From contig JAUCBJ010004501.1 in NCBI GenBank assembly GCA_032718475.1, positions 1 to 38,537 on the forward strand: a stretch of DNA of 38,537 nt, in the 5' to 3' direction. Source of the stretch: Nemertoderma westbladi. Lineage: Eukaryota > Animalia > Xenacoelomorpha. Under the pieces are notes generated by a model. That model searched no databases. It worked only from the letters and a program-made list of their open reading frames with translations, and was not told the origin of the DNA. The position numbers and the translations under genes are program-made. Positions 22,209-35,340 of the stretch are shown here, piece by piece. Numbering within the stretch: the stretch's first letter is position 1; every line of letters begins with the position of its first letter.

Positions 22209-22893
22209 TGTGAGTAATAATATTAAACCAGATGATATTAGATGAGTAATAACCGAGGATGTAATATTGGCAATAGAGTGAGAGAATGGCGTGAGATGAT
22301 AAGTATAGGGAAGGTGTGTCCATTTGGATACAATGGCAGAGACTGAGTGAACAATATAGTGTGTTTAAACTGACTACATGCTGTATATTACCTAAAGGCC
22401 CATTAATGTGCTATGATTATAGGTGGAGGTTATATTAGTATAGTAAGGGGGACAATGAACTCTAATAAACGCCCCCTTTTACAGCTTTGGATTAGTACAG
22501 AGATGCTTAATGTTGATTTTGATGTAGATTCATTCTTGAGTGTAGTTCTACATCTAATATCACTGTGTATTTGACTTAACAGTGTTGTACGTTGTCCTCA
22601 ACGTAACTGAGATAACTTGATTGGTATTATTGGTGAGGTACGTGAACATCAACTTAGTTGGTATGACTAGTTGTTATCGGAGATCAATATACAAACAACA
22701 CAAACCACCAAACCATTCCTGTTTATGACACTCCTCTGGGGTATATCCAAATCCTCTACAGGTTTTCCGACAGCAGGCCCCCTTGTTGAACCCGGAGTGG
22801 CAGTGAACGAAGGCGTGGTTGATATTCAACTAGAGATACACTCTGGAATCGTGGTACGATTTCGAACTCTCACCACCCGACGAAATCTACTCA
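22209..22893. mobile_element. Solo LTR (685 bp)
   Basis: TGTGAGTA...TACTCA termini with perfect 5-bp TSD GTATT (22204-22208, 22894-22898); homologous to 4273-4566 plus 9922-10240. Confidence 0.8.
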
Positions 22894-24279
22894 GTATTTT
22901 CAGCATATAGTTGCCTCATATGGGATTCATAAATAAATTATTACAGCTATGATGACATTTCTGTCTACTGCTGATGGTGTCACAAAATTCATTTACAGTT
23001 CTATCACGAGTCCTCCTATCTTACATTTTATTTATATTAATTTGCTATTTTCTTTGGAGAGATGCGCTTTTCAAAAAGTTGACAGGTTTTCTTCGATCCT
23101 ACTACCCCACCATTATCGGTTTCAATACATATTACGGTTATGTCAGGTTACATCTTTGTTGGGGACTTTGTACCTATTAGTTCATAGCCCGTCTATGTTC
23201 AGAGTTTACTAAAACTGGGGGAAGGGTCGAAATTAAGTGATATATATAATGAAACTGCGTCTTTATAGAGGTGACTTAATATGATAAAGTACTTATTGTT
23301 TTTCTGTTCTTGTTAAAGGTCTTTTTGTTTTCGGTTTACAATAAGCTTGTTGGGTTTTCTTATGTAATCTTTATATTCTATTTACATTAATGTAAGCCAT
23401 GTTTAGTTTGTGGAGTTAAAACACCGCAGTAATCTTAGCCAATATAACAATTTGTCATAAGTATGGATAGGCACTCCACTTTGTACCACAACAACGGTTC
23501 AAACCTCTTCTGAGTGGGTTTCCCAGCTATAATGATGCCACAATTAAATCATTGATTATTAAATAGAATATAAAGATTACAGATGTGACTTGTCAGTTTT
23601 CTCAATTCGTTGTCACCCCAAATGCGAGAGAGTAATCCGTAATAAATATCGCCTGTAACAATAAATCCAATACTCTGCAGTATCTAACCTCTAGTTCTCG
23701 CTGTAACAATTCTTATTTTGTTACATATACGTCAATTAGTCTTTTATCCATCTCACAACACTAATGAACTGCATTATTGACAAGGTCACCTGTTAATATT
23801 GGGCCAATAAACAATACTGAGATTCCCTCTATATGTCATCGACCACACCCCTTCTTTTAAGGTGACGCGATAGAAATCCATAGCAATGGTGACAATTTGT
23901 TGTTTACAACTATTTAATAAGAAGATTGAAAAAACGCTGCACTAACTGATTTGGAGCATTGAAGGTCCTTATGATATAAAAAGATAATGCTTGCATGCTG
24001 ATAGCTAGTTGTACCCATGCAAATTTGCTTCCCTCTATAACTCTCTAGGATTTAATATAAATAATAAGAATCCCCGAAGCTAAGAAGAATCAACTACTTT
24101 CGCTACGAAAGATTTTCCTTAGCTGATCCGAATTTTATTGTTCTATTTTTCAATTTCCATGTCAACCGCTGTAAACGTAAGTTTTTACACAAAAATCGTT
24201 CATTTTGTCATACTACCTGTCATACTACTTGTCATAGAAATATCTAGTTACCATGGTAAAGATCTTATTAGATCTTATT

Positions 24280-24620
24280 ATATATTAGAGTTACCAAGGA
24301 AAGTCTATACGGGCGTTTATTCCAAGTGTCAGCACCGAAACCCTGGAACAAACTTCCAGCAAAACCTTGCCAGACCAGTGAGGTCAATGCTTTCAAGACC
24401 CTAGTCAAAACCTTTATTTTCGTACGAGCATACCACAGAATTAGGCGTTAGAACCTACATCCCTTCTCATTCAACCCTTTTATTTATTTATTTAACATAT
24501 CCACTTTTTAGCCTTTACTTTTTAGCATTTTTAAACGTAGTGATCTAACCATCATTTTAAATCCTACAAGCGCCTTAGAGTACGTTCTTCTGTAGGTAGA
24601 AGGTTTTTCCAATCAACTAC
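24280..24620 (+). mobile_element. Old L2-type LINE 3' end
   Basis: VSAPKPWNKLP..VNAFKTLVKTFIF-like C-terminus followed by AAGCGCCTTAGAG, resembling an L2 3' stem-loop arm. Confidence 0.55.
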
Positions 24621-24904
24621 AAGAAGGGTCCCAATAACAGAGCCAATTGTATGGTTGATAAGAAAATCCAGTTTGCATGGCAAACAGGCTAAACAGATGT
24701 TCAAATTTATAAAAAGATTAATGGAAGAATAACGTTAATGTATTACGATTTGGGGCCAACCCAAGGTGTACTAAAGAGCAGGTCATGCAGCGAGCAGATT
24801 GCTGAAATTAGCGTGGGCCGATCTTTTCCCTATTCATGGCACTATTTTAAAAACATTTCCATAGAAAGTTCTTCCTGGTGGCAGATTTAATTTCGAGTGT
24901 AGAT

Positions 24905-25100
24905 TTAACATTTTATGACTTTCAAATTCTGTTTGGCCGTCAGGCTGTCGTTTATATTTTGACGGACAGACTGACAGGCATACAGACAGAAACGACGAGG
25001 CCAAATTTCAATAACGACATCAGAAATTAAGTCACCGACCACGAAAACCAATATAGGGAATTTTTTAGACATATATATATATATAAGTGCCGGCCGTTGA
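24905..25100. repeat. Possible Helentron-associated (HINE/DINE-like) fragment
   Basis: Degenerate GACG/GACA microsatellite at ~24960-24997; termini not established. Confidence 0.3.
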
Positions 25101-25699
25101 CAGTCCAAATACGTGAAACCGAATCAACGAATGAATAATAACCCTTCCAATATATTATCATTCTGATAATAATAACAATAATAAAATATATAAATATAAT
25201 ACTATATCAGCACATGTACCGTATATAAATCTATCCGAAACATCTCACGATGTAGGCCTATCTAAGTATCTACAGTGTACCGTCTGTCCAGCATTCTCTC
25301 TGACGTCATTTTCGTCAATCAAAGCCCACTGTATAGTGTATATATCATCATACCACCATGTATATACTGTAAATCATATACCAGTCAGGGCCTTACAACC
25401 ACCCCCCCCCCCCCCCCCCCCCCAACTTAAAATAATAGCCCTGCCCTCACGGCTTGTCTATTCATCAAAATGTATAAATAAACCACAAACATTAATAGGC
25501 ATAATAAAAATGTCACCACCATACGAAGGGCTGTAGAACTACTTAAAGTTTGAAATTGGCAGAAACTAATAATGTAAAGTCAACTTCCCGTCAAATATAC
25601 ACTTCAATCAATGACTGGAATAAAAAAAAATTGCTACAAAAAGATAAAGTGAAAAACAGATTCATTTTCGTTTACCAGCACCAGAGTATGAAACATTTG

Positions 25700-26335
25700 C
25701 AAGCTTGTAGGAAGACTATGTCCTACTCGATAGAAGATTGGTTGACGTCGCTTGTCGTACTGTTCCTTATAAACAGCTTGCGAACTATTGATGTTGCGAT
25801 GAGCGAGATCCCAGGCAGTCATAAGGTAATCCGTCAATTCGGTTTTGTAGTCTTCAAGGTCAATTTGATAGACTGTGTACGGGGGCTACTGATGCCTGTC
25901 ACGAGCTTTCGCTAAGTGTTCTGCTGTTCTATATGCGAACAGCATCCCAATCCCAATCATCGCTATGTCTATCTGCCGTTTTAGATATATTTTAGAATCA
26001 TCCGATTGAACCATTGCACAATACCATTGTGTGCAAAATGCACACGTATTTATGTTTTTTATTCCACATAGGTCACACACTGCCAAAAATAGATCAGAGA
26101 GCAAATTTGCCCCCCTATCCGATAGTAATTCTCGAGGGACACTATGACGCCCAATAAAGTCAATGAAACAACTACCAATTGTTATTGCTTTTTCATCTCC
26201 AGTTGGATAAGCTTCAATCCACTTGGTAAGGTAATCAACGAATATTACACAATATTTATTTCCACTACTAGTAAGTGGCAACGATAACACATCGATGGCA
26301 ACACGATCAAAAGGCCAACCAACAGGAAGGGTTTC
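25700..26335 (-). pseudogene. Gypsy integrase remnant
   Basis: PFDRVAIDVL..GNKY..VDYLTKWIEAYP..GRHSVPRELLSDRGANL; downstream AWDLAHRNINSSQAVYKEQYDKR. Confidence 0.88.
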
Positions 26336-27273
26336 AATAAAGGCCTTCGGGAACAGAATTGACAAAATGTTCCATAAGTGAGCTGTTCAACTGTTCTGAC
26401 CTCGCTTGAGCTGTCCAGCTGTTCAACCCAAATATCAATTTCTATTTCATCGCGAAACTCTGAGCACCACCATTTTAATGACTCATCACAATACTCTGCA
26501 AACTCGCAAAATGATTCATCGCCTTCTTTGTGACAATCTCGAAAATGACGTCGTAAAGATTCGCCATTTATACTATAATGGCAGCAGCATATAGTCTACC
26601 TGCCAACTCCCGAAAATTAAGTTTAGATGGCATTTTTTGTTAATGGTTGGCATCCACCTGATTTTTGTACTTCAAGACATGGCGAATCCGGCTAGGCCGG
26701 ATGCCACCTCTGCATTTTTGATTTAATGCCTTTTTTTGGGCTTCAAAGTTTTTTGCTCAAAAATGGGTTTTTTCGATTTTAGGATACAAGTTAATGGTGA
26801 ATGTTAGTAAATCTCGTCTCTTAACCAGTGTGTTTATTGAAAGTTAATCAAAATGCATCAATGTTGTCCTGAAACAGTTATAAATACTTTGGTGAAGAGA
26901 AAAATTTCCGAAATTCCCTTCCATTCTTCCAAACAGGCCCTAGTTACCGCCTTAGCAACAGATTTATGAAATTTAATTTAATAATTGCTTTCTCTCACCT
27001 GTCCTTTTCCTGATAAAATCAACAAACTGTTTTAAAAGTAAAAAACCCATCACACAACTTAAATAACATCCTGGGAACACATCAAGGGTATTATAATATC
27101 AAATAGCATCCAATGTCGCAGACACAAGCCCATTATTTGGACCTGAGTAATTCTCAGAAGTATCAAAATATTAAGTTTAAGTAGAGAATTCGCGTACCTT
27201 TACTCAAATATTTGCTCCCATATTTGTAATTATTTAAAAATAATATTGCACTCCGAAAAATATCATAACTTAA

Positions 27274-28836
27274 CCCTATTAAACCCGGGGGGGGGGGGTC
27301 AATATGACCCCCCCCCGTGGTTTTTATATTATAATTCTGAAACAAACGCAGTTGGGAATCTGAAATTTTATGACTTTTCCTAAAAATCTATTGTCTTCCT
27401 AGTAGTGAAAACCGTTTTCAAAAATATTGGGTACTTTTCGAGTTATAGCACCATTTTTCAACCCTACTTTTGGCACTTTTTTTGAGACGTTCTTTGAAAA
27501 TTACATTTCATTAAATATGAATTGTAACATCTCTATTTTTGATTTACACCGGTTTTTTGGTGTTAGAAATTGGATGGAATTCATATAAATTGATTTAAAA
27601 ATTTCAAACTTGTTTTTTTCGGTGGGTGCCAAATTTTGGTGCCAGCACCAAATTTTGAAATAAGTCAATTTTGTAAATTGATTGTTTGAAACTTGTTTTT
27701 TACGCAATTGGGGTTTTTTGGGGTTCTGGATTCGATGAAATATATACGAGTTGCACCAAGCGTATCAAACTTGTATTTTTCGGTGCTGTGTGCAAATTTT
27801 GGTGCTACCACGAAATTTTGAAAATCCATTAAATAGATAAAATTGCTTGTGACAATTTATTTCTTGCGTTTTAGAGGTTTATGGCTGTTCTGAATTCAAT
27901 GGAAAATATAATTATCGAACTAGACATCTCAAACTTGTATTTTTCGGATGTGGGTGCAAAATGTGGTGCTAGCACCAAATTTTGAAAACCATCAAATATA
28001 TCAATTGATTGTGTCACCTTGTTTCTTGCGTTATACGGGTTTGTGATGGTTCTGAATTCAATTGAATCAGTAAAAATTTCATAAGAGTTCTCAAACTTGT
28101 ATTTTTCGCCGGTGGGTGAAAATTGTTGTGCCAGCACCAAATTTTGGAAAATATGCAAATTGATAAGTAGATAGTATCACCTTGTTTCTTGCGTTATACG
28201 GGTTTATGAGGGTCCTGAATCCGATGGAATCAATAAAAACAGCACTGGACATCGCAAACTTGTACTTTTTGGTGATGGGTACGAAATTTGGTGCTAGCAC
28301 CAAAATTTGTCAAATTACGCCGAAAAATACAAGTAGCAATGATCTGGCATATTAGAAATGTATTCCATTAGAATCAGCGCCCTCGAAAACCTGAAAATGT
28401 GAATTTATAGCATCGTATAAGTGAATTAAAAATTTTGTGTTCTAACTGAAAAGTGCTGGTTACTTGTTTTTTTCATTTTTTTCCTACGCAGAGAGGACTA
28501 AACAGCCATTTATAGTAATCATATCATTTTTAAATATTTTCTAATGTATTTTGCACCCCAGAAATCCTGTATTGAAAAATAATTAGCCGAAAATGTAACT
28601 TTCAAATTTTGTGAAAATTGTGCACTACTTGTAATTTTGGTGCTGCAATATAACCACCCCAGTATATTTTTTCGAAAATTTTTTTTTTCGGTCGGATCCA
28701 GACAAGTGATACCTACGTACAAACAAAAAATCAGACGTTTTCGTAAATATTTGTAAATTTTAGAGGGGGGGGGGGGGGTCAATAATGACCCCCTCCCGGT
28801 ATTTGTACAACATTTTATAGCCCGGTACTAATAGGG
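27274..28836. mobile_element. Non-autonomous piggyBac-like DNA transposon
   Basis: TTAA on both sides (27270-27273, 28837-28840); TIR CCCTATTAAACCCGGG versus CCCTATTAGTACCGGG; subterminal GGGGGGTCA..TGACCCCC palindromes at both ends; no transposase. Confidence 0.88.
27600..28310. repeat. ~162-bp diverged tandem repeat, ~4.5-5 copies, inside the piggyBac-like element
   Basis: CAAACTTG anchors at ~27605, 27766, 27930, 28092 and 28255; each unit carries a variant of the palindrome TTTGGTGC(C/T)AGCACCAAA. Confidence 0.9.
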
Positions 28837-29824
28837 TTAAGGAATCATTCAAGTATTCCAACTAACACGCTCATAACCAAAAATTATTAGTGTACTACAT
28901 TTCTCATTACAAGAACAAACAATCACTCAGTACCGGTGACCATGTGGCTGCAGTAACCATCAAGCATTTACAATGCTTTTATACTGCATACACATTAATT
29001 TAATCTTAATAACTTCATCATTCTCATCCTAACCAGTTTGCGTTTTTATCACAATTATGGTGCAGTGGTGGGTATGTTGAAGTTGTTGAGATAAATGAAT
29101 AAATGAAATGAAATTGAATTGAATCCTTAATAAAGCTAAAAATGCTGCAAGCGCCTTGCCGGTAAGGCGACCTGCCAGTTGGGTTGTCTAGATCGAGAGA
29201 TCCAATTTCTATTGGGAAGGGATTCGGAAGGGATTAGGGATTAGGGAAGGGATTCGTTCAAAGATTATAAGATATTTTTTAAAACCTTCGTTAAGTTTGT
29301 AACATCCGAAGTTAATATTGGTGACCGAATTCCCAGTTCCGAATTCCCATCCAAGTTTCCATGCTAAGTCAAGGAAGAAGTTGATTGACTATAGATATCA
29401 TACCAGCCTCCATTGTACGTTGTTGGGAATGAAACAACTCAGATTGTTTCAGGGAATTATATTCTACAAGCACTTCAAAAGCCAGTTTTTGATAATCAAT
29501 TATTCATGTGAATGAGTCAAGGAAAGAATGACTGGGACCAGACATGCCGCCACTACTGATTGCATTGTGAATCCGAATCCGAATGATATATAAAGCTAAA
29601 GGTAACACCATAATTTCGCAAAGTTGATGCAGATTATTTTATTAATTCATTTACAAGTTCGTCATTATTTACGCTAGAAAAATCATGTCCTAAATGGCGG
29701 TTAATTTCCCGCAGTCGACCTGCTGTGAGACCATGTAGAATGGTCTCAACCATATATTTCGCAGGTTCGTTGTCGGTTTGGTAGGATCGAGTCAATCGGA
29801 AGACTGTTGTTGAACTCTGCTGTT

Positions 29825-30025
29825 GTACCCTGTATCCACCTGAAAATTTTGCTTGGCATTTATATATATCTGTAGATCCGGACCACAGACAAGAATCACA
29901 TTGATACTATGGTAGCCTTTCCGGTTGACATAGCATGATTCTCTAATGGGGTCTCTAGTGTCACATGAGTGCCATCGAATGAACCTATGACACATGGCAT
30001 GCTACTGTATTGATAAAACGAATTC
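29825..30025 (-). pseudogene. PIF/Harbinger transposase fragment
   Basis: MPCVIGSFDGTHVTLETP, then after a frameshift YVNRKGYHSINVILVC and VDTGY. Confidence 0.85.
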
Positions 30026-30134
30026 TTCGTAGCATTTAAATAAGTGTGGAAAAGTAAATAAAGTTTAAGTCTGTAATTTGGTGCCTCTTCACTTCAATTG
30101 TTGACACATTCTCAATACAACGACTTGTTGAGCA

Positions 30135-30210
30135 GCAGCTTGCTCTAGTGGTAACATTCCTGGGCTTCCAATTAGGCAGCCTGGTTCGATCCCTAGAAGG
30201 GGCAGCACTG
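30135..30210 (+). mobile_element. tRNA(Gly-TCC)-like SINE head or tRNA pseudogene
   Basis: CTCTAGTGGTAA, CTTCCAA loop, GGTTCGATCCC; stems do not pair as in a functional tRNA. Confidence 0.5.
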
Positions 30211-30329
30211 TTTGGATTTGGTTTGGGTTTGCAAGATTCTCCCATTCAATACAACGACTTGCACTTGATTTCGAAATGTGCTGGATATCCCCAACTACAT
30301 CCTTGGGGGAATGCTGGCTCCTCTTTGAT

Positions 30330-30783
30330 AAAAAAAGTAAGACAAAAAATTAATAAAATGTTAACATGCACTACCTTTTCTGACAGTCTTGCGCACTCCT
30401 TTCCGTTATATCAAAGTTTAAAAATATTACCCATTCATCATTTGCACTTACTTCAAGTAGCAGCCTTTATGCACAGTGTATTCTACAACTATGAGAAAAC
30501 TGAATTATCAAATAAATTTTTATTGGTAGGTGATGTTCATCGTTATGGTACAAGATCAAAATCACAAAATTTATTCTTTATTCCTCGTGCTAATTTAGTC
30601 GTTGTCGTTGGGCAGCGATCTATCTCTTTTGTCGGACCATCTCTTTGGAACAACATATCACCTAAACTGAGAGAAATCAAAAGTAGGAAAATGTTTATAA
30701 AAAATATGAAATTAAAACTAATGTCATCGGAGAGCAGCGATCTATAAAAATAAAAAATAAAAATAAATAAAAAGTAAAAATAA
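30330..30783 (+). mobile_element. 3' end of a CR1-group LINE with A-rich tail
   Basis: HSFPLYQSLKILPI..HRYGTRS..RSISFVGPSLWNNI..FIKNMK, stop at 30747, then (TAAAAA)n. Confidence 0.8.
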
Positions 30784-30862
30784 CAATTTTTTTAAACATT
30801 TAACAGAGGGATCGTAAGGAGGTCTACGTAGCAACAACGGTGTGTGGGAGGGGGTCGATTGA

Positions 30863-32612
30863 GGGTGCATGTAAAGAGCGGACTGCGGACTGGCGGACTA
30901 CGGACTGGGGATTGCCAAAATCCGCGCGGTCAATTTGAATTATCGACTTCCAAACTAAGAATCCGCTCTTTGTTGTCTGGACAAATGGCGGACTGAAGCC
31001 GGTAAATTGTAACCTGATTGGCTCAATCATGTACATAGGCTGAAGCTGAAAGGGAACTTAAAGAATGAATCATCCCATTTGGCATTTAAATGTTTACCAT
31101 TGTGCAACACTGTAATACAGGAAATAATTATCCTAATACAGTAATTACGTGGACTGTTGATTAAGGGCCTACTATATAATCAACATTCTACGGATTTTTA
31201 GATTATTTATTTCAATAAATATTTTTATATACTTCCTGCCTTTAGAGTTTATGTCACAGTTCTGTTCGCAAATATAAAAGAGCGAATATTCGGACATCCT
31301 AAGCGCAGAAGCTGGGGAAGATCTTCTCTGTGCTGGGGGTAAGAGAGCGTAAGAAAAGGGGGAACAGGGGCAAAGAAAAGGGTTGTGGATCTATAAATAG
31401 CATCCAATAGGACGCATCTAATTACTGGCATTTAATTCTGTCCAAATTTTTATGACAGCCTTAAAATGAACACCACGAACACCTGATCGGCTAGTGCTTT
31501 TTTTAATGCTTTTTTAGTGTGGGCTGTGATATCCTACATATCTGACATACGATTAACTGGGCGCCCATGTGAAGTATACCAGACTTTCTGCCGTTATATT
31601 TAACTTTGCAGTTACCCCCATGTGAAGAATACCAGGTTTTCACCAAAAATACAGGTTACAGAAGGGCTGAATCTAACCAAAACAATAAACAAATTAGTAT
31701 ATGTACAGGTTATAAGACAGAAATTAGCGATATAATACACTTAATAAAGATAAATTAAAAAAAATAAAAAATCTTCATATATAAAATTCCAATAAAAAGT
31801 CGACCGAAAAGTGAAATCCTGGTATTCTTTACATGGGCGATTAACTGTGGGGCGAGCATCGTAAGTCCAGGTGAGCCTTAGCATATGGGTATAAGTGGTG
31901 GACCCGTCTGTCGTTGTCATCGTCGGAAATGTTTGAACGCTAAGTCGGTCAATCTTGGAAAAATAATGTTTCACTACTAGTATGTACGACTAATATGTTT
32001 CAATTATGTTCCAATTTTGTTTCAACTAACAGAGACATAATATTGGCAGTACGAGCCAACTCCCCCCCCCCCCCCCCCTTTTTTTTTTTTGGACGACCCC
32101 AACGTAAAAACTTTTAATTTAAGTAACAAGCAAACAAGGAATATCTTATAAGGTCGCGGTTCACACCTTTAAGCAATAAGCATAACTCTGCTTCGGCAGC
32201 AGAAGTACATACTACAGTAGTCCCAAAGTCTTCATCCAAAGTAGAGTTACGAATGAATCATGCTTAAAAGAGTGAACCGGCCTTAACCTGAGAGATTTTA
32301 TTGAAAGTTCAAGAGTTCTTCCTACTGCCTACATAATAGGTTTTCAAAATAATAGGTTTCCATCTTTATGTGTCACAATGAAAACATTTAAGCCAATAAG
32401 AGGATTCAGGAAAGTTCCCTTTGGGCCTATGTAAATGATTGAGCCAATCAGGTTACAATTTTCTGGCTTCAGTCCGCCGTTTGTCCAGACAACAAAGAGC
32501 GGATTCTTACATTATAATGCTATAATTCAAATTGACCGCGCATATTTGGGCTTTTAATTGACAATCCGCAGTCCGTAGTCCGCAGTCCGCAGTCCGCTCT
32601 TTACATGCACCC
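30863..32612. mobile_element. Non-autonomous Mutator-like (MULE) DNA transposon
   Basis: Imperfect TIRs of ~245 bp starting GGGTGCATGTAAAGAGCGGACT; perfect 9-bp TSD GTCGATTGA (30854-30862, 32613-32621). Confidence 0.92.
31564..31837. mobile_element. Small MITE nested in the MULE
   Basis: TIRs CCCATGTGAAGTATACCAG / CTGGTATTCTTTACATGGG, CG on both sides, and an extra TIR copy at ~31617. Confidence 0.6.
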
Positions 32613-33039
32613 GTCGATTGACCAATGATAAGGGAATTGGGTGCACTGGTGGGTTGGGTGTTGAGATCCTACAGGTATGTAACCCCTGTAGTTGCTTGCA
32701 CATTATAGTAAGATGTATCTACCCAATTTATGTATGTATATTTATGTATCAATTTATGTCTTCCTGCCAATTTTATTGTGGATTATGTTATGTATTTGTT
32801 ATATTTATGTATTATTTGGGAAAAATGAATAAATCAATCAATCAATCAACCATTCACCGACATGTCTGGTACTGTCCCACCATTGACTTCACCATGTTCC
32901 CCAATTGGTATATCCAATACAGCCTCCTTATTTTGCCAAGGGTAGCATTGGTCCCGCCGTGTACTATGGTTTTATGGGAGTCAAATATGATCTGGTTCAC
33001 TATCGATGATGTTTAGGGAATTATAATCGGTTTCAATGG

Positions 33040-35340
33040 TATCCGGGCGCTCGTGTTATTCGCTATCCTGGAGTTCATCAACAGGATATCTTCTTTGTCC
33101 AACTGTGGTCAACTATGTATGTATTCAGTCGCTGTTGGTTCTTCATTAGCTGGATTTTATCCCCCTATGCCTTTCCCTGTTTGTAACATATTGCTCCTTC
33201 CAGATCAATGGCAGGACTCTGTTTTCTATTTGTACCAGTCCTCCCAATGAACTCATGAAAGGCCCTTATGTATGCTACCAGCTTCTTCATTTTGTATCAG
33301 CTAGAACTGTAGCTGAGTAACCTATCCATTGGGTTCTGCTCTAGATCACCCTTGGTCATATGTAGTGGCACTTCGTGGATTTCCCTCACCAACTGGCTGA
33401 ATATCTCCTCACCCTGTGATTTGTTTCCCTCATCCTCAGTCATCTTTTCCTTTCCCTTTGGATCAATCTTCTTGATTGGTGGCCACTCCGACTTGTCGTT
33501 TAGGAAGTATGGTCCATGCTGCCACAACTCTTGCTTTCGAGTGAAAGCATGGCATTCCAAGCCTCTTGAAAGCAAGTCTGCTGGATTGTTATCCATTGTG
33601 CAGTAGTGCCATTTATCAAAGTTACTCTTTACTCTTATTTCGTCAACTCTATTCACTACAAATACAGGCATGGGGTAGCACGTGTTCTTATTATGGATCC
33701 ATCTTAATACCACCATGGAATCCGTACAATAGTGCGTCTCAACTATGCTCAGTATAGCATTCACTAAATATGCTGTTGCTCTTACCCCCAACCTCGCAGA
33801 TGTAAGTTTTAACTTCAGCACAGATGCTGAATCTGGCGGCAGTGCCTTGCTTTGCTGACCATATGCTTTGGATATCATTGCAGGGATGCATCGGGGAACA
33901 TGTACAGTTCCAACTCGTTCATGTCTCCATCTGGGAAGTATACCCGCAGCATAATATATATTCCCATATCTTCCAGACCCCCCGTCCATTTATCCCACTG
34001 CTTACTGATCTCTTTGGGCACTTCTGTGTCTCAGTCATCGTTAAGTTTGTATACTTTCTTCAGAATTTGCTTTCCCATGACTGGCAGAGGCGATGCTAGT
34101 CCCAATGGATCTTAATTCCTAGCTATGTATGATACATAGCCCCTATTCATGTGGATACCTGCCCCTTCTTGCTTCAATTGGAATTCCAATTCGTCTGTTT
34201 CCAGATTGCACACGATACCCCAAGGCTTTATGTTGTCATTCTACTCTCTTATCGGCCATAATTTGCCTCTATTCAGTCATTGGTTTCTCAAATTTGACCT
34301 CTGGTTGTTTGTCCTCTATGGCTTCCATGAATTCCTCGGAGTTCGACTGGAATTTCGTCAGGTTGAATCCAACTTCTTCAAGATGTCGTGAACTTCGCTA
34401 CCCATCCTGATGATCCCCTGGATGGAATTCCCGTAAGCCATCCCATCATATATGTAGAATCCATATCGAATCATGTCGATAGCCTCTTTACTGTACTCTT
34501 TGTCCTTATTCTTGACTGTGTCTCTCACCCCTGCGGTTGTTGTAAAGGATGTTTCTTGCCCATGTTCTGCATAACCATCTTGTACATTGGTATGGTCGAA
34601 GGCTCATCATTGCCATTGTACCATAGGAAGCGTTGACTATCGCTATCCTCTTCCATCACTCGGACCTGGTTGAACGTCCCTTCTATGTCGCAGGTGAATG
34701 CGTGCTGCTTCCCATATCTGAGTCGTAACAACTGTTCTATCCCTGAGTTGTATATGTTGGGGCCTTCTAATGAATAATTATTGGGGCACATTCCCTTTTG
34801 TTTTGGTGGAAGCATCCAACACCATCCTCAACCTTGCATATGGCAATGATTGTCTCACTTTCGGGAGTGAATTTGCTGCACTGTATTCTGGTTTAGGTAC
34901 TTTGCCGAGACTGTCTTCACTGTACACTACTGGGTCCGTTATTAATTCCGCTTCATACGTCAGGAAGCACGATATTTCTACTAATTGCGGTTCTGTTCCT
35001 TTCTTTTCTTGGGTCGAGAAAGCTATCTTTCTCCATTTGTTCCTCAGCCATGTCGGTAGTGCCTATGCTATCATCACGATGTTGTTCGAAGCGTTGAGTT
35101 CATATGGTGCTTCCAGCATCTTCAGGTTTATTAATGCCTTTTCTATTCTTGTCGCAAAGGCTTTGGTGCTAGTTGGGCTGTCTACGAGTCTGCCTGATGA
35201 TATTCCCTTTAAGGTTTGTCAGATTATTTTAGCTGGATGGCCGAATTCTCTGTCCAGCACTTTCCAGGCAGCCTCGAAACCTCCTTATATTCCTTGATAC
35301 TACTGTCTTACGATATCGTAGGCTCGTCCTGCCATGAAGA
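33040..35340 (-). pseudogene. Decayed BEL/Pao LTR retrotransposon internal region (gag, RT, RNase H)
   Basis: FEAAWKVLDREFGHP (gag); CDIEGTFNQVRVMEEDSDSQRFLW (RT); DPLGLASP; TDSMVVLRWI, FVVNRVDEI, NPADLLSRG, WQHGPYFL. No LTRs identified. Confidence 0.88.

Noticed and set aside
29213-29256. Telomeric TTAGGG repeats
   Set aside because: Only two TTAGGG occurrences inside a degenerate GGAAGGGATT repeat.
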